This document shows, piece after piece, positions 40,876 to 55,900 of a stretch of 64,000 bases of DNA. The stretch lies in the NCBI RefSeq assembly GCF_009914755.1, contig NC_060942.1; one strand, 5' to 3'. Each line of letters opens with the position of its first letter. Position 1 is the first letter of the stretch. The position numbers and the translations under genes were made by a program. This DNA comes from the human T2T-CHM13v2.0 reference genome, Homo sapiens. The notes below the pieces were generated by a model. It worked only from the letters and a program-made list of their open reading frames with translations. It made no database searches and was not told the DNA's origin.

Positions 40876-42119
40876 AAATTGGCTAAATTTCTTATGCCTG
40901 AAATACAATCTATACTCTTCCTTGGCACCAGGACACTATATTGATACTTTAGAAAATGTGTGTGTAAATCACAAAAGAATTTTGATCAATTTGTTATGAG
41001 ACTGCACAAGATAGCAGTCAGACAGGCTCCTTGCTCTGAAAATCATCTACCAAAAAGATTGACATGGTCAACATTTTTAAAAGTAGTTTTAAAAAAGGTA
41101 TTTTTACTGTCTTGTCTCCTGTGGAATAAGTGATTTATATGATGTAGTGTGGGAGATTTAAACATTCACTGTTCCTACAATTTGTGCACATTAAAATATA
41201 CACTGCAAAATCAGGCAGAGTTCTGTAGAGAGAATACTAAGTTGGTGAGCTTCAAGAACGTTGTGTTTCTATAGCACCAGAGCTAACCACCACAAATTTC
41301 TCAATAAAATAATAAATCTGTTGAAGCATTTGAAACTCTATAAAAAGTAAAAATAATATGGCTCAGCTTATACTAGGCCAGTTTAATAATTTACATGTCA
41401 CTTATCTTTGTAATTCCAAGTAAATTGTGATATAGTTATTCCATTTTAAAATTTATAGCAAGTAAATCAAGTTTATAAATAATAAAATTATTAATTTGTA
41501 AATCAAAGCAAAAGGCTGTATTTAAAGGCAACAAAATGTTGGAGCTAAGCACATAGTCTCTGGTGGTAGACACCAATAAAAAATCCAGAATCAACCACTA
41601 AATAGCTGTGGAAAATTACACAAATTATTCAGTGTCTCAGGACTTTGTTTTACTTATGCTTATTATAGGAATAATAATATCTGCCTCGTAAATGCTTTTT
41701 AGGCATTAAATGGGATAGAATGTGTGAAGTGCTTAGAATAGCACCTAACGATTATTTTTAAAAACACGCAAACGATGTTATCTAATGATTATTGTCATAT
41801 AATCTTTTTGGGGTAAGGGACACTGTAAATAGTAAATGTACCTAATTATATAAATTTACTTTGGATAAAAGGCCACCAAGTAATTTTGCAAATGTACTTG
41901 GTTTATTTGCTTTCAAAATAAGGATGAACAAACCTGAAATAGATTAAAAGATTAAAACTTCAAAGGAAAATCAGCATATCCTAGAGGCTCTGCTTGCGCC
42001 ATTTTATTTAGACTGCCTGAGCTAGAATTCTGATGGTGCCACAGAACTTAGTTTTCTAACTGTGAATGTGCCAACTGTAAGACTGGATTAATAAGAGCCC
42101 GTAGTTTGTCACATCATGA

Positions 42120-42489
<370 letters not shown>

Positions 42490-42689
42490 TATTGTTCTCT
42501 TAATAAAAGTGCATTTGTTATTACCAGCATCTTGACCAATAATTGAGTCAACATATCAAGGTCTTTTTTTTTTTTAATGTTTCTTTGTAATGGAGTCAAC
42601 GAGATATCAGGCATACACTTTTCTTATATATACTTTTAGGTAAACCAAAGAATCTGGGGATGCCAGTGGTCAGTGGGAATCACATTTTA

Positions 42690-43200
42690 TATGTTAAAAT
42701 GCCTGTTTCAAGTAACAAAGATTTCCACATCAAATTGCTTGTACAATGAGAAAATGTGTCATCTCATAGCTACTGTCCAGAGATGAGGCCTGTTTCAGGG
42801 TAGGATGCTTCAGAGATGGTGACTTCATCAAAGATCTAAATTCTCCCTGCTTGTCCACTCAGCCTGCTTCTGTGCCACAGGCTTAGCTCCCCCACCATGG
42901 AGGTAGCTCCGTGCATGACATCCCAACATTCCAACATCTAGAGGCAGAAATGAACTTCTATCAATGTCTCTGACTCACGAGCCAAAAGGCCTCTCATTGG
43001 AGAGACTAGGACCATCTTCACCACTAAACCTATCCCTGAAAAGGAAAAAGGCACCATAATATTTGGATTAGAACAACAACAAATTAACTCTAAAAGCAGC
43101 CATAAACCCACCTGTCTCTGAGTTGTGTAGGGGGGACTAGCGATCACCAGGAAAAAGCAGGGCTCTATCTCCAGGAGGAGGGGCAAAGACATTTGGGGTA
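42690..43200 (-). mobile_element. Old MLT1 (J/K-like) LTR
   Basis: tttcaagtaacaaag...ctcattggagagactaggaccat...cactaaacc. Confidence 0.5.
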
Positions 43201-43246
43201 TGAAAAAGAGTTTCTTCATATCCCCAAGATGAAATAGTTCTTTTAC

Positions 43247-43398
43247 CTGCTAATGCAGTACAGGTTACAAAGTTGTGCTCAATAAATCATCATTTTTATT
43301 CCTGCAAGTGCCAAGAAAATGCTGTCTGAGGGTTAAAGACAAAATGGCGGGCAAAACAACTTAAGAGCGTGACATGTCTTGTTCAACGTCATATGAGA
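43247..43398 (-). pseudogene. Gene A exon
   Basis: ctctttcag|TC...CAG|gtaaaa, 152 bp, phase 1-0: VSYDVEQDMSRS*VVLPAILSLTLRQHFLGTCRNKNDDLLSTTL*PVLH*Q. Confidence 0.7.
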
Positions 43399-43949
43399 CT
43401 GAAAGAGTCAAGGAGACTAACTGAAAACCTGACTCTAAGTGTCTCATAATTCATATTTTTAAGGCATTTAATTTATGAGCATATGGCATTTTATTTGCTT
43501 TTAAGGTCTTATGTTAAACTGTGCATAAAATTATAATTTATGAAAATTTTTTCATGATTAATAATTTCATGAAGTTGTTTGCACAACATAAAAGGACAAA
43601 GTAGTAAAGGTTTAAGGTGAATGAGCTAGCTTTATCCTTATTTATCTGGTACCTGCCCAGCATTAGTCAATCCTGTGGAGGAATTTTGCAAAAATAAATT
43701 TCCTAATAAATGTGTCGTACTGTGTTATATCAGCAAACCCCTGGAAAGACTTGGCTAATAACTGAACTCAGCCAGCATGTTCAAGTGAGTGTTTAATAAT
43801 AAAACGCATATCTCAAAAGATAAACTGTGTGGTCACTAAATTAAGCTCCTAATATCGCTACAACTCTCCAACCCTAACTCTACCAATAGAATAAATAAAA
43901 GTCCCTACATTTGTATTTACAAAGATGTTCCCATTATAGTTTAAAGACT

Positions 43950-44935
43950 TTACTATTTTAGAGCACTTTTTGATTCACAGAATAATAGAAAGGTACGGAA
44001 ATGTCCCATATACTCCCAACCCCTGCACATTCATAGTCTCCCCCATTATCAACCTCACCTATCACAATTAAACACCCTGTTAAATTGAGGACCCTACATT
44101 ACACATCACTACCTCCCAAAGTTCATGGTTTACATTAGAGTTTTCTCTTGGCATTGTGAATTCTATTGGGTTGGATAAATTTATAATGAGATATATTCAT
44201 CATGATAGTATCATATAGAATATTGTCACTGCCCTAAATATCCTCTGTGTTTTACTTATTCACCCTACACCTCTTCCTTCTAAACCCTGGCAATGACTAA
44301 TCTTTTCACTGTCTGCAGAGTTTTGCCTTTTGCGGAACGTCATATAATTGGAAAACATTATAAAGTATACATATATACATATACAGAATACATATATACA
44401 TATAATTGGAATCATAGAGTACACAGTATGCACATATAGTCTATGTAGAAATATGCATTTAAGTTTCCTCCATGACTTCTCATGACTTGATAGCTCATTT
44501 CTTTTTAGCACTGAATAATATTTTGTGGCCCAATGTATAATACCACAGTTTATTCATTTATTCCTTCACTTACTGAACAGAACCTTGGTTGCTTCCAAAT
44601 TTTGGTTACTGTGAATAAACTATATACACTATAATATGAATAAACTATATATTATAAACTTTCATGAGCAGGTTTTGTGTGGACGTAGGCTTTCCCCTCC
44701 TTTGGGCAAATACCAAGGAGCGTGATTTTTGGATCACATGGTAAGAGGATATTTATTTTATTAAGAAACTGCCAAACCATCTTTCAAAGCGGCTGTAGAA
44801 CATGCATTCCCACGACCTGCGAACAAGAGTTCTTGCTGCTTCGCATCCTCACCAGCATAACACCTCACCAGTGTTACCAGTGTTCTGAATTTTGGCCATT
44901 CCGATAGGTGTATAGTATCTCATTGTTGTTCTAAT
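43950..44935 (-). mobile_element. L1MC/MD 3' end
   Basis: catgacttgatagctcatttctttttagcactgaataat...aagaaactgccaaaccatc. Confidence 0.85.
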
Positions 44936-44976
44936 TGGTTCACATTGCTTTGCTAGTTTAAAGTATGTAAACCCCC

Positions 44977-45332
<356 letters not shown>

Positions 45333-46596
45333 TCATAGACAGTGTATTTATACACAAATACTTTGAGTGCTGATTGTATATCAGCAATCTGATTGGACTC
45401 ATGTAAAAGGACTTTAATAGTTTTAAAACCTAAAATATTTATTCTATAATTGTGAAGATAATTTGAGGAACAATGCATTTTTAATAAATATTTATAACAT
45501 GAGGGTCTGAAGTGCTTTATATTTATATTTTTTGGATGAATGGATAACTTTCAGATGAATGGATATCTTTTGGATGAATGGATGGTATATTTATATAAAG
45601 CACCTCAATAAAGTCATGGTGCATGGCATGGTACATACATCTGTAACACATAAAAGCTGTTGAGAAGAGTGAGTTTTAATTTCTGAAATGAACTTTTGAA
45701 ATAAGTTTCCAATGGACTGTTAGCAATCTTTAAGGTTTATTTTTGAAAAGCTGATCACACTCTATGCTTTCAATAGTTACATAGCACTAAGGGAGTGCCA
45801 CATGCTGGTTTTGGTGCTTTAGATATATTAACACTTAATCATACAGCAAATGTATTAGATGAGAGCCATTAATATCCTTAGTTTTAAATGAGGAAAATGA
45901 AACAGGGAGAGGTTAAATACACTGCATATAAAAGTATCAAAGCCTGGGCTTGACCCCAGGTAACCCAGCTTCGAGTGAGTGCTTACCACAGTATCCTACT
46001 GTCTGTCCCACTCTCTCTTTAGCAAGCCAGAATCATTAGATTTCCTTGATAGAACTATTGCAGTGAAATGCAGCTTTTAATGGCTAGACTGGTATACACT
46101 CTTCTGTTTGGGTACAAAATGAGATGAAGAAGATTATGGTTTTGATTTTTATTGAACCATGTTGATAGCCCATTTCTAAAAGCTGATGAAAACATGTACC
46201 AAATCTAGAATTAGTAAGAGAAAAGTGAAGCTAGAGTGTCTTTTAGAATGTGAAGTTAGTCATCTGCATAGAATGTTTTTTTCCATTTGACAGGTAATTA
46301 TGATATATTTAGTAGAAGTATGGCATCAATTTTCTTTGTAACATATAATTAATACCCTGGTGTTTTGTCATTTCTGAAATCATTGTCCTCACATTGAACA
46401 AGGAAAGCCTTATTTTTGACCAAGAAGTGCTCTAGGAAGCGAGCACATGAAATAGAGACAGAAAGGAGATTATATAGGTATTCATTTTATATTCATTAGG
46501 TCCAGGGAGGAGAATAATAATTTGCATTTTAACAAAAGCCCTGGTGAAGCTGATACTGCTGCTGAGGGAATCACACCTTGGGGAACCACAGTGCAC

Positions 46597-46945
46597 TGTG
46601 GTTACAGATTAACACACAAATCTCAGTGGCTACACACAACTCAGCTTTATTTCCCACTCAAGTAAGTCCACTGTTCATCAGGAGGATTTTCCCCATGTTG
46701 GAGCTTCTCCATCAGGAACAGGGCTGCTGAGGTCAGAGAGGCCAGAGTGTGGGGGGCCCTGTGCATGAGGGGATCTTAAGGACATGCCTGAGGGGCTCAT
46801 ACAGTTCCAACCCACATCTCACTGACCAGTGTCCAGTCATGACCCCACCTAGTTAAAACAGTTAGTGGAAATGTGGCCTACCTGTGTGCGCTGGAAGAAA
46901 ACAATGTTCTGGGGTGAATAAACACACAGCATCGTGTCTACCTCA
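46597..46945 (-). mobile_element. MLT1 (I/J-like) LTR, preceded by a MER5 fragment (46500-46590)
   Basis: aaatctcagtggctacacacaac...cccacatctcactgaccag. Confidence 0.55.
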
Positions 46946-47400
46946 ACGATATCCACTGAGTTAGCATGGCTGAAGTGATTTTCACTCGTTGATCATTATG
47001 ATTGTCAGACCACCGTTGGGTTTAAAGAAGCACATTAAAAGTCTGTATGTTACAAGGCTTTAGCCCTTTCCTGTAGCTAGCGTAGTGCTTTCTCTATAAC
47101 ACGTGTTCACTAAGTGTCTCCTGGATGAATGGATGGTACTTGCTCTATATGTTTGCTAATCATAAAGACAAAAAATTCAATATTTTTAATACTGTGCCAA
47201 AGATACCATATGGAGTTGTATAATAGATAACATTTTTCACACCTAGGACCCAGTTGTGAGTAATTTTCAGGTATCATCTTATTTAATTTTTAAATCTATG
47301 GAGGATATATTCTTATAACTAAGATTTCCTGATAAGAAGACAGGCCTCATAACTTCTAGGGGAACTAGACATTCCTCCTTGGACATCAAGGATAGAAAGA

Positions 47401-47723
47401 GGCTGGGCGCAGTGGCTTATGCCTGTAATCCCAGCACTTTAGGAGGCTGAGGTGGGGGGATTGCTTGAGCTCTGCAGTTCAGGACCAGGATGGGCAACAT
47501 GGCAAAACCCCATCTCTACAAAAAAATACAAAAAGTAGCCAGGCGTGGTAGTGCACACTTGCAGTCCCAACTACTTGGGAGGCTGAGGCAGGTGGGCTGA
47601 TTGAGCTCCTGGGAGGTCAATGCTGCAGTCAGCCGTGATCTTGCTGCTGTACCCACACTGGGCAACAGAGCAAGATCCTGCCTCACAAAAAAATAAATAC
47701 ATAAAAATAAAAAATAAAAGAAG
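47401..47723 (+). mobile_element. AluJ, full length
   Basis: ttgcttgagc...ggaggtcaatgctgcag; TSD aag(g/a)atagaaaga. Confidence 0.93.
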
Positions 47724-47843
47724 AAGAATAGAAAGATGCATGGGGAGAAACTCTCTGCTTTTCACTTGTTCATACTTCCTTGAATAGAAAGTATGCCTTT
47801 TAAAGATTAAAAAATAAAAATAAATAATACTTGAACTGAACAC

Positions 47844-48118
47844 CTGTCTTATAGGTAGAGGGTTCATGAACATCCTGACATCAAATGCCAGGCAAAAGAG
47901 TTATTGTTCCTAAGCCAAGTTACTGATGCACAGGTTAATATCCATTCTGTCCAGGTTCTCAGCTGGGTAATGGGTTGATTGGTTGTGTGTGTCGATCCAC
48001 TGTAAGTTTCTCTCTGACTTCCCCACCAGAAGATGATGCTTGAGGCAGCCCTAGAGAACCCGCTTGAGTTCACTGCTTACTCCCTCTCATAGAGTAGATA
48101 ATAGGTCTTCAGAAATAA
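47844..48118 (-). pseudogene. Gene A exon (NTase active-site-like region)
   Basis: ctctataag|TT...CAG|gtgttc, 275 bp with one inferred 1-nt deletion: VISEDLLSTL*EGVSSELKRVL*GCLKHHLLVGKSERNLQWIDTHNQSTHYPAENLDRMDINLCISNL / LGTITLLPGI*CQDVHEPSTYKT. Confidence 0.7.
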
Positions 48119-49769
48119 CTTATAGAGAACAAAGCACACTAAAATCCTATATAAATGGTGTGCAGTTTAATTTTTAATAAACTGAGCACACAGTGACCAA
48201 TATGTCAGAAAGTACTAATTATTGTCAGCAATAACAGAAATTTGTAGTCAGTGGTTTCCAGGAGAAATATTTAAAAAGCAAAGACACTCATAATAAACTT
48301 TTGGATAACACTGTTTATCTTCCTCTTTGTTTTATCTACTGGAACATCTGAAACTCTTCTCACTTCTGCATGCCTGTATCCAACACAAGCAGCCGCACAA
48401 TGCACCTACACACACATGAAAATATCAGTGGACAGAAATGTAACTCATTATAATCTGAGAATAGCCATTTATATTTTCAAGATCAGAAATTTGGAACAAA
48501 AATTACCCCCTTTTCCCATTTACATTGTTAGTAATCAACTGAGAATCTATGCAATTATTCAGAAATTATTCATTTGAGTCTGAAAACAATATTGAAACAG
48601 AAAAATAATATTAGAAATAATATATTTAAATAATATTAGAGCTTGAGTGATTATGTTTCTTGACAGCAAAAACAACTTGTTGTCCTTTTATTGTACATAT
48701 CCTTTATATATTGTGCCTACTAATGTACTTTTTTTATTATATAGTTATTTGATCAAGGGAACTAAATAGTACATATATTTGTATGCAACAAAATTTAATT
48801 AGTTTATTAGTTTAGTGTGATATCTCATTTTATTTACAATAAAGTGAATAACTAGTTTAACTGAATTGTGGGTATAACTAAGAAAATCATTTGTTATTCT
48901 CTAAATTTTGGCTTTGCATTCTATAATATTCAGGATTAAATTTGAGTCTCCTGCCCTAAAATGAGCCCTGCTATTCTTGCCATTCCCATCCATTATTATT
49001 CCACAAAGGAAAATAATAGTGATAATGGTCCTGGCACAAATGCTATTAAATGAAAAATGATTATTTTCTTTTAATTTCTTCAGAATAAACTGAGTATCAA
49101 TAACACTTTCCAGATATTTTTGTCATACTCCAAAATGCAAAAAATAACTGGGGGATCAGAAATCAGATATGTAAGTTCAGTTCACCTGCAACACAGAGTC
49201 ATACACATACATGTACATCTCTTTCTTCTTGAATATTTTGTTTGTATACTTTTTAAAATTGAAAGGAGATGGATAACAGGATACACTGGATATAGTTTTG
49301 TTCTTAGGAACCAAACTGGCAAGGTGGGAAATATTAACAAATAGGGGTGCTCTAATTATTGGAATAGGGTATAGAAGATAATTTATAGCAGGGGCATGGG
49401 ATCTTAACTTGTTCAATATTAGGAGATGTACTATAATTCCGGACAGGGTCTAGTCTTTAAAAATACTATATATCAAATTAAATCTTAAGAATCAACCTAC
49501 GTAGAGGACATAGTACATCTCAGATTTTTTTTTTTAATTTCTTACTGGAAGTTAGTTTCTATGAATCTCCAAACATCCAGTAGAACTTCAAATTTCATTA
49601 TCACAGTTAAAGTATTTTCAATAATTTAACCTACAGGTATTAAGAGCATATATACTGGCGATGGCTTCCCTGAATTTTGACTCTACTTCTAACAATTACT
49701 TAGTGGCTTGGGGCAAGTTATTAAACAGCTCTGTATATCAGTATCCTGATCTGCAAAATGGGTATTATA

Positions 49770-50105
49770 AGCTGATTTGTATGTTGAGGCCCTAACCTCC
49801 TGTACCTCAGATTGTGACTGTATTTGGAGATAGAGACTTCAAAAAATAATTAGGTTTAAATGAGGTCATGTGGAAGGGCCCTAATTCAACCTGACAGGTG
49901 TCAGGAAATAAGCTATCTTTGTTCTTAGGCCTTTGACTGATTGATAGAGTCCCATTCACGTTATAAAGGTAATCTGTTTTACTTTAAATGAATTGAGTAT
50001 AAATATTAATCACATCCATAAATACCATTACGATAACACCTAAACTAGTGTTTGATCAATCTTCTCCGTAGCCTAGACTAGTAGACATGTGAAATTATCC
50101 ATCAC
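49770..50105. mobile_element. MLT1A and MLT2 LTR fragments
   Basis: gtacctcagattgtgactgtatttggagatag; taaactagtgtttgatcaa...attatccatcaca. Confidence 0.65.
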
Positions 50106-50659
50106 ACAGAGAAATTAAAAAACATGTTAATTATGAACATTTGTCTCATTTACATAATACTTAGTTAGAGGATCAGTGGAAAAAGTGCCATGATACTATT
50201 GCGAAACATCTGACTTCATAAATCCAAGGTTTTTGAATTATAGCAAAAAAAAAGCATTTAACTTGATTTTAAAATTGGAGCTATTTTTAAGCTGATAGGT
50301 GTAAGCTGACAGTCTAAATGATAACAAATCATCTAGACTTTCCACTTCAATATTCTCATCCTGAAGTAAATGTTGTGATTTATGTGTTGCCTAAATTATG
50401 AGATTATTTAATGAACAATGACATTGTGGGTTTAAATATTCCTTGTCTTGTGCAGGTACTTTCCTAGGTAGTTTTTGCCACTTACAACAATTCACTATGC
50501 CAAGAAATATGATTTGTTTAGTGCCAAGTTTCCAGAAGACAACAAAGTGTGGTACTAAATGAAATCACGTAAGATCAGAGGCAGAGCCATTGTTCCAGTA
50601 ACCAGAAAAAATTCTTTGAGAAGTGATTAGTAAAGGCCTCACTAACCCAACAAGAATAC

Positions 50660-50778
50660 CTACAGGGCTGAGGAAGTCACCTGGCTCGTCCAGGTAATTG
50701 TGTAGGCTATTTAATGTGATACAGAATCAGAGCCATGTTGGTCACAGTTTGGTGGATTCCTGGCCATTACCTTGGGTC
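50660..50778 (-). pseudogene. Gene A exon
   Basis: ttcaaacag|G...TAG|gtattc, 119 bp, phase 2-1: TQGNGQESTKL*PTWL*FCITLNSLHNYLDEPGDFLSPV. Confidence 0.7.
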
Positions 50779-51540
50779 CTGTTTGAAATCACCATTAAAA
50801 GCACAGAGAAGGAATGGTTTGGAAGGTTAATTTTTTTTTTAATGAGGGATTTAATAAAATCTGATGAAATACTTTGTACTGTCTGCTTTAATTACGTATT
50901 TATAGACTTTTATTACTTGATATTATTTACTCTTGAGTTCTGCTTTTTACTTCATTGATTTTCATTATCTGATAAATAATTAATAGTGATATACTTTGAT
51001 AAGTTGTGTTTCCTGTTTTTTAGGTAAGAAGAAAATAGATTTAACTTGTATTTTTTAATCATACAAAAGCACTCTTCAGACACTAATTACATATATCTTC
51101 TTTGAAAATTAAATATAGAAGTAGAATTTATAAGGATTTATTTATTCTCATCATGAGTTAAACCTTGCTGTGTGTTTGGGAGTCCACTTCTTTTGTTTCA
51201 TTCTTTTTCAAAATGTTTATATTTAATAAAAAATATTACTTTAACACAAAATATCTGAAAATTCTAAGATATAAATTTTGATTTCCACGGTTACATCGTG
51301 GTATCCTCCATCAATTTTGGAATAGGCTCAGGAACTGAACACATTTCTTTAACTGACTTAACTCCTAATAACATGTGTTAATGATCATTTGTCCTGAAAA
51401 TTCCCCATAGTTAGAATGACAAAATATTTTGTCACTCAAAATATGGCACATAGTTAAATAATGTTCTGAAGGACTGATGATGAAATTGAACATGTAAAAT
51501 AAAGACCATTCTGAAAAATACAGAACTAATTTTTCCCTAC

Positions 51541-51627
51541 TTAGGTACAAGGGTAACTATTTATCTGATTCAATGTCTTATATGTTAAGGAAACTTCTCA
51601 AGAAGTCTCTGAAGAGGAATTCCGTAC
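51541..51627 (-). pseudogene. Gene A exon (start of Mab-21-like region)
   Basis: taattag|G...AA|gtaggg, 87 bp, phase 2-2: YGIPLQRLLEKFP*HIRH*IR*IVTLVPK. Confidence 0.6.
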
Positions 51628-52817
51628 CTAATTATGTAAATCCCAAATGGGTCATAAAAATCTATTCTATTTTTCATATTTCTTCTAGATTCTTGTGTGA
51701 ACATTATTGATCAATCGTAGAATACATAGTTATTGAGTACTTATTCTATTACAAAAATGAATTGGCCAAAAATCCCTCTGCTCAAGAAGCTAAAGAGCTA
51801 GTGATGAATCAATAATTATAACTTAACATAAAATATACTCATATCTTATCTTAAAGTAAATAAAGCAAAGTTAAAGCAAAAGAAGCAATAAAAACAGAAA
51901 GGAAAACTCTATTTTGCAAATCCTAAAAGCAGAGATAATCTCTGTAATATGTCTTGGAGAGAAAGTAAGAGATTTATTATCTTTAATATCCAAAAGAATA
52001 GTAATACCTTTGCAAAAAGTAAAAGTCCTATATGTTGAATAAAAGTAAATTAAGATTAGAAAACACATATTAATTACAATTACTTAAATTTTTCTCTCTC
52101 TCTTCTCAGGCAATGTCTGAGATATGATTATCATTTACCACAATCATCAAATCATCTTCATCAAAAATATAAATATTTATTGTAATAACCCTCAGGGTAG
52201 ATGCTATAATTCTCAGACATAAAAAAGCACACAGATTTGTGGGCAGCAATATCTATGATGCTTTTAATTTTAAAAAGTGCAATCTTATTGGAAACCCAAT
52301 AATGGCCACTATATAATACATATCCTATATGTATTGTGCCTACTAATGTATATAATAATTATATATCACAATAATAACTATATAATAATAATTGAGAGAA
52401 TGGTTAAGGATGGCAAATATCTTCTTTCTCCCAAAAGTGAAATGCAGTCCATGATAAAATAATGTGTTAACCATAAATTATTTACATATTTCTCTGATCA
52501 TTTGAAAAATTATATTTGAATGCAAAATATTAATGTACTATATACAGGACATTTTATTTAGTAGAGAGTGTTTAATGTTTTCGTAGCTGACAAAAATATA
52601 TATAAAGTTATATGTTGGTGCCAAATTGTAGCTCCTCATAATTTTCATGTGTTGCAACATGGAAACTAAATGGACAAAAATTCTACATTATCTCAGGCAG
52701 TTTTAGGTGATTGATTGTGTATAAGTTGATTTTAGAAGATCTAGATGAGTAGAATACAAGCAGAAAGCAATTCTCCCTTTTACCACTGCCTTCCACTACC
52801 ACACTATTTTCACCTAT

Positions 52818-52926
52818 AGGGGTTTCGAGTATCCTGGTTTGCCTGGGACTTGTCAAGTTTTAGCAGAGGGTTTTCTGTCCCAGGGAAATACCCAGATCCT
52901 AGCAAACAGGGACTGTTGGTCACCCT
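52818..52926. mobile_element. hAT-Blackjack MITE (MER81/MER94-like)
   Basis: agggg...tcctggtttgcctgggact...gggactgttggtcaccct. Confidence 0.6.
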
Positions 52927-55900
52927 GATACTAGGAGTGAAGCTGAGCATCTCAAGTCAGCTTGTGGCTGTGCCTCCTCAAAAAGCTGCCAGATTCATGG
53001 GGAAATACTCAACACTACTTAGATGGCACTAAAATCCAGATGCACTGGAACATTATTACAGAAAACTTCCTCAAAGTTGTAACATTGAAACACACATTAC
53101 CCTTAAAGAATATCTAAGAATAATAAAGAAGAAGCACCATTAGAATAAATGGGGGGTTAATACAGTGTTTCCATCGGTGTTTAAAACAAAATCTTAACTA
53201 CAACTTTTATTAGGAATACCCAGTAATTAACTATTAATATGGACATCTGTTGAGCATTTAGATGGTAACTAGGCACATAAAATTTTAATCGGAAGTTTCT
53301 TCAGTATTTAAGACTGTATTGCTATCAACATATTTTTCATAAACAAAGTCATGCACTACTGTCAGTTATATTTATTACATGAAGGAATGTTTTAATATAA
53401 TAATGCAGATGTCTTCATTCTATAAATCCCAGTGGTACTTAAAGCTAGGATTTTATTACTTGTGCTGAGGACCAAACAAAGCTATAAACCTGCTCAATTC
53501 TAAGTGAGCTACTGCTGTTGAGTTGTGCACATTTGAGTTGTAAATTACAATATAAGGTAATCAAATATGTATACAAATGGTAGTCATGGAAGCAGTATCA
53601 TAGATTCATAAGATTTCATAAGAAATCAAGAAAGGAATTTATAAACATCAATACTCTGCTCTGGGTTTATGAAATTCTCTTTCCAAAATATGATAACTGT
53701 GTTATAATAACTTAAGAAATGATCTGTCAATCAGCACCACCTACATTGTTCTCCTCTTTATAATCTCTCCTTTATCCACGACTAATTTCCAAAACAATCA
53801 TATGAGCCAGTCTGCTAACACTCAGCTTATACTGAGAGTGACCAAATGCTCCATGTAGTATTATTATAAAGATATTAAAACCATTACAAAGGATCTCTCC
53901 AATGACACTTTGTAACATGCAGAGCATTTAGAAACACCAGTAGCAAAATAACAGATTTCAAGGATGGGAAATTCTGCTTTCAGGTAGAAAAAAATAGCAA
54001 AACAGCTGAAATAAACCACACTGAAACATGGAATTTACATATGTGTGTACATCAAGTCAGTAATAAGTATGAAAATAAGCAGGCTATTTACTCCTAATGT
54101 ATTGCTAGTCCTTATGTAATCATACTATGCACTCTTCCATAAGAAAAAATAAAATTAGACATTGCATATCTTGTGAGCATTAAAACTGTACTAATGGAAC
54201 AAAAAATAAACCCACATTTTTTTCTCAATATTCTTAGCAACTATATTATGAGATATATAATTTCTGGAGTGGACTATTTATTAAAACGAACAACAGTGAA
54301 AGAATGTGACAAATATCTTAATGCTGGAAACTGCCTCCAATAATCCTTTACAAAGCTTAGATTTGCCATGTTTTATACATTTGGAGAAAATTTGTATAAT
54401 TACACTTTTATAAAATATGTCTCCTAATATATATGGACCTTTGGAGTAAGTCAGTTCTCAGATGAACTTCAGTTCTATAGCATATTCAATGGGATACTTT
54501 AGGCAAATTAAATTATTGGAGATGCAGGTTCTTTTTATATAAAATGAAGATAATAACAGATTAATTGAACTGCTAAGAAGAAAATATGAGCTGATAATAC
54601 ATAAAGAGAAAAACATCATAAGTGAAACATAGGACATGAATAATTGGTGGTAATTTAGTGTTACTAATATTTTATTATTATTATTATGACGGGATTATTT
54701 TTATTGTCCTGGAAAAAAACTGAAAAAGACACTCACCAAATTTTAACAAAGCTAAATATAGGAATTATAGATGGCTATATTTCTTTGAAGAGCTTTTCTG
54801 GTATTTACAAATTTTCTGTAGAAAATGTACAACTTAAAGTGAGAAAAAAATATTTTTAAAATACAGGATCAATATGTTGTCCTTTATATTCTCTCCTCTA
54901 TAAAATACTTACTCATGAATTTTATATTATAAATAACTTCCAGTAAGGAATAATTTTTCATTTTGGTCTGAGAATATCATCGTGTAAGCATACCTTTACT
55001 AATTAAAGCCCTCACCTAGCAAATGAATGCCCAGCATTGATACTTACTAAATGCAACTTACTAAATAAAAAGGGCAGATGCTTACTTAGTACTTACTGTA
55101 TGGCTGGCACTAAGTGCTTTCCATCGTTCTCCGAACAACCACACAAGGTAAGTATTGTTGTCATCTACCGCACATAAAGATTGTGAAATATACCTAAAAG
55201 CTATGAAGCAGCAAGGGACTTAAACTCAAGAAATATAACTCCAGAGTCTGTGATTTTAACCCCTATGGTGCATGGGCTTTTCAAGTAGTGGATGCCATTA
55301 ATCATTGAAGATTATGACTGTGTCAGAACAGTCAGCATGCTTTATCCTATCCCTTCAGTCTCAAAAAGAGTTTATATACCAGGAAAGTGAAGTATCCTGT
55401 AAAAATGTCCATAGACAATCCAGTTTATCCCAATTTGTGAAATAATGTTACATACCTATTTGTATGAAAAGATATATCTCAGTTAAATGAGTAATACATT
55501 TATATGAAGAGCTTTGCCATTCAGTACAGTGTGTGTGTGTGTGTATGTGCGCGTGTGTGTTTTAAGCAAAATAATGGTGAGAAGGCAATTATCGCTAACA
55601 CAGAGACAAGGCATTGGGTGACACGAGGGTACTCTAACTGTGTAAAATGTTACTATAAACGTTGCATATGTTTAGATAGGAAATATGTTAATATTTTCAT
55701 ATCTTTAAAATATTTTGTGCATGTATTCCAAAATATGTTTTGAAACAGTATCAAAATAATTAAGTCAACAGTTACTTGAAGATACTTACTTAAAGACAAG
55801 ACATGTTGATCATTATTTGCTTTATTTTTGGCACAGTGCTCTATCCTCTAAGCAATACAAAGGTAAATAAATGTTCTCCCTATATAAAGGAGTTGCATAG

